The notes beneath the pieces are model-generated. The model did no database searches. It worked only from the letters and a program-made list of their open reading frames with translations, and was not told where the DNA came from. The position numbers and the translations under genes were made by a program. Source: an uncultured Candidatus Saccharibacteria bacterium (lineage in GTDB: Bacteria; Patescibacteriota; Saccharimonadia; CAILAD01; BJGX01). From it: DNA of 64,000 nt. The stretch spans positions 77,531 through 141,530 of the forward strand of contig CAZSVP010000003.1 in NCBI GenBank assembly GCA_964610335.1. Direction: 5' to 3'. Of this stretch, positions 58,690-64,000 are shown piece by piece; within the stretch, counting starts at the first letter, position 1, and every line of letters starts with the position of its first letter.

Positions 58690-59697
58690 ATGATTTTTCC
58701 AAGAATAGCTATAGATCTAGGTACTTCTACCGTGCGAGTATATGTGCCAAAGAAGGGTATTGTTGCCCAAGAGCCTTCAGTGGTGGCAGTAAGTGTCGAC
58801 GATAATCGGATTCTAGCGGTAGGTAGTGAAGCTCGCGAGATGCTTGGTCGTACCCCAGACGTGATTACCGCTTCTAGACCGCTGGTGGACGGTGTGATTG
58901 CTGATTATAGAGTAACTGAGGCGCTACTTAGATACCTACTCAACAAGATTATGGGGCGTTTGCGAGTCTTTAGGCCAGAAGTAATGATAAGTGTGCCAGC
59001 TAGCATTACTTCCACAGAGCGACGAGCTGTGATTGATGCTGCAGTTAGCGCTGGCGCCAGACGAGTATATATTATTCGCACGCCCGTCGCAGCTGCCATT
59101 GGAGCCCAAGTACCAATTGCAGCGCCAGCCGGCAATCTAGTGGTTGATATCGGTGAGGGAACTACCGAAGTTGCTATTCTCAGCCTAGGTGGGATTGTGG
59201 CCCAAAAAAGTGAGCGGCTAGGCGGCGGCAAGCTTGATGCAGCCATTATGGAATATGTCCGGAAAAAACACGGTTTAATTATTGGTAGCCAATCAGCCGA
59301 AGAGATAAAAATAGATATTGGCTCAGCACTGCCGTTGACGAAAAAACTAAAGAAGCAAGTTCGTGGACGCGACGCTGTAGCTGGATTACCTCGGACTATT
59401 GAGCTCAGTTCAGATGAGATTACGGAAGCCATTAACGAGCACCTTAACGATATCTTACTAGTAGTCAAATCAGTATTAGAACAAACACCACCTGAGCTGT
59501 CCAGCGACATAATTGATCGCGGTATGATCATGACTGGTGGTGGTAGTTTGCTGCGCAACATCGACAAACTAATGACCAAGGTTACGGGTGTACCGAGTTA
59601 TGTAACAGATGATGCCCAACTTAGCGTAATCAAAGGAGCTGGCATTGCGACTGAAAATCTTTCCGAATACTTACGGAGCGTTATGAGTAATCGATGA
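58690..59697 (+). CDS. mreB: Second MreB/Mbl-family actin-like protein
   Basis: DLGTS, EPSVVA, RPLVDGVIAD, TPPELSSDI, GGGSLL; atypical IRTP and DIGEG motifs. Confidence 0.9.
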   Translation: MIFPRIAIDLGTSTVRVYVPKKGIVAQEPSVVAVSVDDNRILAVGSEAREMLGRTPDVITASRPLVDGVIADYRVTEALLRYLLNKIMGRLRVFRPEVMISVPASITSTERRAVIDAAVSAGARRVYIIRTPVAAAIGAQVPIAAPAGNLVVDIGEGTTEVAILSLGGIVAQKSERLGGGKLDAAIMEYVRKKHGLIIGSQSAEEIKIDIGSALPLTKKLKKQVRGRDAVAGLPRTIELSSDEITEAINEHLNDILLVVKSVLEQTPPELSSDIIDRGMIMTGGGSLLRNIDKLMTKVTGVPSYVTDDAQLSVIKGAGIATENLSEYLRSVMSNR

Positions 59698-60995
59698 ACA
59701 AGGCTGCCTCATCCTCCAAACAATCTTGGCAACAATGGCTAAAATGGGGAGTAGTAGGCTTGTTAATATATTTGCCGTTTCATGCAATGGTTTCAATTGC
59801 GTTAGGTCATTTTGTTGGTTTTCAAACATTTTTCTCATTAGCCAAAGATGGTTTTGTGGTGTTATTAATAGTTGGATTGATTTGGCTAGGGGCTAAGGAA
59901 AAAGATTGGCGTAGTTGGATTATGCGACCTGTCAACTTGGTCGCAACTGGTATTGTTGTGCTTACACTTATTGTTACATTACTGATTAGCGCTCCACTGT
60001 CTCAACTAGTGTATGGTGTAAAAGCCAATATACTACCACTGATTTTGTTTGTAGTGATTCAACCAGCTATTAAGTTGATCCCCAAAAACCAGCTAGCCAA
60101 AATTATCTGTATACCTGCGCTTGTGATTGCTGTATTTGCTGTTTTTCAAACACTTTGGTTACCAGCGCAGTTTTTTGCTGCGGTAGGATATAGCGACTCT
60201 ACTATAGCCCCTCTACAGTTTATAGATAGCGCATCGAATATTAAGCGCGCTTTTGCCACCCTTGGCGGCCCGAACCAGCTTGGGGCGTATCTAATAATCC
60301 CAATTAGTTTTGCAACCATCTTACTTATTCGCTATCGACGTTGGCGCTATGGGGTGGTGTTGGCAGTATTACTAGCTGGCTTACTTGTGAGTTTCTCCAG
60401 AAGCGCCTGGCTTGGTGGAATAGCCGTACTAGGGCTTAGCTTGCTTAGTATTCTGACTCTCTGGCTCCAAATAGGCCTACCAGTAAGTTTGGTTACCATG
60501 GTGTTAATATTTTGGAATAACATATTGAGTAGTCTGCAAAACAGTACCAATAAGTATTTGCAGTATATTGTTCTACACGGACGATTCTTCTCAGAGAAAA
60601 ACATTGGTTCACCAGATAGCTTTCGACAAATGCACTTATTCGAACAACTTAAACTAATTGGTAGGGAGCCATTTGGCCACGGTCTTGGGTCGGCAGGCCC
60701 TGCAAGTAAACTAGGTAGCAATCCAGTGATTGCTGAAAGTTGGTATGTACAGATAGCCCATGAGATAGGCGTACTTGGTTTGGCTGGCTACCTAGCATTA
60801 TTAATACTAGGTCTATGGAGGCTGTTTTCTTCCCCAAGCTCAATGCTTCGTGATAGTGTATTAGTAATGATGGCTGGACTTATTGTTGTGAACTTGTTTA
60901 TACATGGCCTAGCCGATAGTACACTTAGCTATATGGCAGCTGTACTTGTTGGTTTAGCAATAGGAGAGTCATATGCGTATCGCGCTCGTTCATGA
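59694..60995 (+). CDS. O-antigen ligase/polymerase-like (Wzy_C) membrane protein
   Basis: RAFATLGGPNQLGAYL, SFSRSAWLG, PFGHGLG, ESWYVQIAHEIG. Confidence 0.85.
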   Translation: MNKAASSSKQSWQQWLKWGVVGLLIYLPFHAMVSIALGHFVGFQTFFSLAKDGFVVLLIVGLIWLGAKEKDWRSWIMRPVNLVATGIVVLTLIVTLLISAPLSQLVYGVKANILPLILFVVIQPAIKLIPKNQLAKIICIPALVIAVFAVFQTLWLPAQFFAAVGYSDSTIAPLQFIDSASNIKRAFATLGGPNQLGAYLIIPISFATILLIRYRRWRYGVVLAVLLAGLLVSFSRSAWLGGIAVLGLSLLSILTLWLQIGLPVSLVTMVLIFWNNILSSLQNSTNKYLQYIVLHGRFFSEKNIGSPDSFRQMHLFEQLKLIGREPFGHGLGSAGPASKLGSNPVIAESWYVQIAHEIGVLGLAGYLALLILGLWRLFSSPSSMLRDSVLVMMAGLIVVNLFIHGLADSTLSYMAAVLVGLAIGESYAYRARS

Positions 60996-62085
60996 TTGGT
61001 TAAACCACAAGCGGGGTGGAGCTGAAGCTGTTTTGTTTGAGCTAGCTAAGCTTTATCCAGAAGCTGACATCTATACGCTAGTATATCGAGCCGAGTATTT
61101 CCCTGAACTTGTGAGTAGGAATGTAATAACTTCGAGTTTACAAAGCTACCCGAAGAAATTGCGCAACAACCCAAAGTATCTTTTACCGGCAATTGCAAAA
61201 GCAGTTGGAAAGTGGCGATTTGACAAGTATGATCTAGTAATCAGTAGTTCGAATGCTTGGGTGAAAAACATCAAAATACCTAAAAATACTAAACATATTT
61301 GTTATTGTCACACTCCAGCTCGTATGTTGTGGGACCAATGGCCAAGCTATCTAGATAAACATTTTCCGCCCAAGAGTCGACTCCAACCGACTCGTTTGGC
61401 ATTACTTAAGGTTTGTTCCGGATTAAGGGTATGGGATTACTATGGTAGCACTGGAGTAACAGAGTTTGTGGCCAATAGTATGTATGTCTCCACTCGCATC
61501 AGAAAGTTTTACAAACGTGATTCCGTTGTGATATACCCACCAGTTGCAGTCAATCAATTTAAGCCCACCAAACGGGTAGTGAAGCAAGGTTTCTACCTAG
61601 TACTATCTACACTGGCAGACTACAAACAAATCGACATTATCATTGAAGCTTTCAAAGAATCTGGTAGGGAACTAATTGTGGCCGGAGATGGTGCTGATCG
61701 AAGTAGACTCGAGGACATTGCGCAAGGTGCAGCAAATATAAGCTTCGTAGGGTATGTAGACGAGGCTCAAAAGATTAAACTATTACAGGAAGCTAAGGGG
61801 TTTGTTTTTGCAAACATTGAAGACTTTGGCATAGCGCCAGTAGAGGCGATGGCGGCCGGTACTGGCGTGATTGCATTGCGTGGTGGCGGGCTCAATGAGA
61901 CTGTCGTTGAGCCAAAAACTGGCATTTTTTTTGATAATCCTAACGCCCAAAGCCTAAACACAGCCCTAAGTAGATATGAAAAAACAAGTTTCAAAACTTC
62001 TGAATTGATTGATCAAGCCAAGAAATTCTCTGATAAAAGTTTTTTGCGAAATATTGATAAATTTGTACAAGACCATGCCAAATAA
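60973..62085 (+). CDS. Glycosyltransferase family 4
   Basis: MRIALVHDWL..GGAE, YCHTPAR, EDFGIAPVEAMAAG. Confidence 0.95.
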   Translation: MRIALVHDWLNHKRGGAEAVLFELAKLYPEADIYTLVYRAEYFPELVSRNVITSSLQSYPKKLRNNPKYLLPAIAKAVGKWRFDKYDLVISSSNAWVKNIKIPKNTKHICYCHTPARMLWDQWPSYLDKHFPPKSRLQPTRLALLKVCSGLRVWDYYGSTGVTEFVANSMYVSTRIRKFYKRDSVVIYPPVAVNQFKPTKRVVKQGFYLVLSTLADYKQIDIIIEAFKESGRELIVAGDGADRSRLEDIAQGAANISFVGYVDEAQKIKLLQEAKGFVFANIEDFGIAPVEAMAAGTGVIALRGGGLNETVVEPKTGIFFDNPNAQSLNTALSRYEKTSFKTSELIDQAKKFSDKSFLRNIDKFVQDHAK

Positions 62086-62824
62086 ACCACTTCTCAATAT
62101 TGCAGGGGTACCAATAGATGAACTTAATGCCGAACAGGCTATTGACCAGACAGAAGACTGGCTTCTACAAGACAAATCGGCATTAATAGTTACTCCCAAT
62201 AGCGAGATGATCATGCTTGCGCAACGTGACAACAAGCTTCGGCAAGCTTTGAGTGATGCCCAGTTGCGCTTGGCTGACTCTGTGGGCGTTACCTGGGCAG
62301 TCAGCAAATTATACAGCAAGAGAATTGATAGAATTAGTGGCTCCGATTTTGCATATTCGTTAGTAGAGCTAGCTGATAGACAGAATTTATCCGTACTGTT
62401 GGTAAGTCGCAGCGATGGCCTAGACCCAACCTCTTCCGAAACAGCCAAGTCGGTGTTGTCACAGCGCTATAAAGGTGCCAAACTCCATGCGTATGTGTTT
62501 GACAATACAAATTTGGATGTCAATCCCAAACATATGCAGTCCTATAAAGCAGATATCATATTGCTAGGTTTGGGAACACCACTTGCTGAAGTATGGGCTG
62601 CCCAACACCTTAGTAGTTTTAAAAAGCCTACAATAATGCTTTGTTGCGGCGGTGGCATAGACTTTATTGCCGGCATCCAAAAACGCGCTCCAAAGCTTAT
62701 GCGAAAACTCGGATTTGAATGGTTGTGGCGACTTATTAGACAACCGAAGCGTATATTTAGGCAGTTTGCACTGGTAAAGTTTGTAAGGCTAATTTTGAAA
62801 CAAAAACATAGTCGCACAGGCTAA
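62075..62824 (+). CDS. WecB/TagA/CpsF (GT26) glycosyltransferase
   Basis: VTPNSE, ADSVGV, RISGSD, GGGIDF, RAPK, EWLWRL..P.R; start at ATG 62075. Confidence 0.93.
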   Translation: MPNKPLLNIAGVPIDELNAEQAIDQTEDWLLQDKSALIVTPNSEMIMLAQRDNKLRQALSDAQLRLADSVGVTWAVSKLYSKRIDRISGSDFAYSLVELADRQNLSVLLVSRSDGLDPTSSETAKSVLSQRYKGAKLHAYVFDNTNLDVNPKHMQSYKADIILLGLGTPLAEVWAAQHLSSFKKPTIMLCCGGGIDFIAGIQKRAPKLMRKLGFEWLWRLIRQPKRIFRQFALVKFVRLILKQKHSRTG

Positions 62825-62851
62825 TTTTCTTATGGTATAATAAGCTCTACA

Positions 62852-64000
62852 TTGGAGGGTGTAATAGACGCTAATTCAAACATACCATGTCCCAATTGCG
62901 GCGCTACCCAGCGAATTCAAATTGCTGGAAGGATTTTTTGTGCTAATTGTGGTACCAGGCTAGATAGCGGGGCTAGCGCAAGCCAGGATACTTCGCAACC
63001 CGCAATAATTCCTACTTCTCAAACCACACATGAGCCAGCTGGCGCTATAGCTCCAGATCTAAATCAGCCCTCAGCTCAAACCGTGGCAGCTGACCCGTAC
63101 CGACCGCTTGATCACAACACCCAAACACCAACTCAGCCCGTTGCTCCATTGACAGAACAGAATACACCAGCTTCGCAGCAAACTACAGCACCAACAGCTC
63201 AGCAGTTTGTTGTTAATAAGCAGCCCCAACCAGAGTGGCTACGAGCAGCCGCTAATGATGCCGTGCAGCTTAACCAGCCGCAAGCTCAGTCTACAGCAGC
63301 TCCTACTTCAGCGCCTGCCAGTACAGCAGTATCAACAGATCCTCAAGCTGTTCAAACACCACAAATAAACCCTGCTGCCGTAGCTCAACTACAACAAGTT
63401 TACGCCGATCGAGACAACCAAGTTGCGGCCGTTACGCAAGCATCTGCTCAAGTAGCTGCGCAACAGCCGCAACAACCAATGACTGACATTTCTCTGCCAC
63501 AGCAACCAGCTCAACCAACTGAGAATATTGGTAATGAACTAGGCGGTCTGGAGGACGCTCGTAATCCTGTCATCTCAGATGCACAATTTAGTGTACTTGC
63601 TAAATCTGCCCAACAGCCAGTATCATTACCTCAACAGGCGCCGACTATGACTAATCCAACAACCCCCACACCCATTCACGACATTCGACCAGCCAAAGCA
63701 AATCTTAGTGACATTACTAAGGTTGGTGTGACGCCAACTACTATAACTAGCAATATTGAAGAATTGCCAACTCCTGCCAATACCTCTAACAAAGGAACGG
63801 GTATGAAAGTTGCCAGCGCTGTTGCCACAATAGCGGCTATTGCTATTGTTAGCATCTATGTTTGGCAGATTAATTATCCAAACCTGGCAGTGAAGGTAGC
63901 TGGTGCTAAATCTGGCTTGGCAGTGAGTATGCCGACTTATATGCCAGCTGGTTGGCGATTAAGTGGCGATATCAGTGCCAGCCCAGGGCTTGTACAATAC
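62852..64000 (+). CDS. Zn-ribbon + Pro/Gln/Ala-rich linker + TM + DUF4367-like domain protein (partial, runs off the window; absent from the ORF track)
   Basis: Manual translation: CPNCG...FCANCG near N-terminus; ends AVATIAAIAIVSIYVWQINYPNLAVKVAGAKSGLAVSMPTYMPAGW... Confidence 0.8.
   Translation, partial: MEGVIDANSNIPCPNCGATQRIQIAGRIFCANCGTRLDSGASASQDTSQPAIIPTSQTTHEPAGAIAPDLNQPSAQTVAADPYRPLDHNTQTPTQPVAPLTEQNTPASQQTTAPTAQQFVVNKQPQPEWLRAAANDAVQLNQPQAQSTAAPTSAPASTAVSTDPQAVQTPQINPAAVAQLQQVYADRDNQVAAVTQASAQVAAQQPQQPMTDISLPQQPAQPTENIGNELGGLEDARNPVISDAQFSVLAKSAQQPVSLPQQAPTMTNPTTPTPIHDIRPAKANLSDITKVGVTPTTITSNIEELPTPANTSNKGTGMKVASAVATIAAIAIVSIYVWQINYPNLAVKVAGAKSGLAVSMPTYMPAGWRLSGDISASPGLVQY

Overview
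Chromosomal segment of a small-genome bacterium, most likely Patescibacteria/CPR (Saccharibacteria-like). The assignment is inferred from gene content (rpsB-tsf-frr without pyrH, class I LysRS, DUF5663-like and DUF4367-like proteins) and was not tested by a database search. The backbone is housekeeping. It covers translation (prmC, prfA, rpmE, typA, rpsB, tsf, frr, lysS, serS, hpf, prfB, rpmA, tRNA-Leu), envelope and division (uppS, rseP, mreBCD-mrdA, murD, ftsEX, CHAP hydrolase, S41 protease, sortase and an LPATG protein, murA, a second mreB, glycosyltransferases), plus secA, greA, pyrG and xseAB. No integrase, transposase, CRISPR array or rRNA was seen. The most interesting signals lie outside the ORF track. 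(1) A stand-alone 35-aa peptide resembles the redox-active C-terminal tail of ribonucleotide reductase and lies downstream of two tandem NrdR-type boxes. (2) Two promoter-driven, ORF-free, heavily base-paired regions (~4787-5203 and ~16103-16690) look like large unannotated ncRNAs. (3) A GC-rich island (~36350-40900) has an exact 34-nt element repeated before two ribosome-binding sites, an ORF with three homologous in-frame start junctions, and structured spacers. (4) Three tandem secreted proteins share a GFKFRWWM leader. (5) Many core genes have a leaderless-type promoter architecture.
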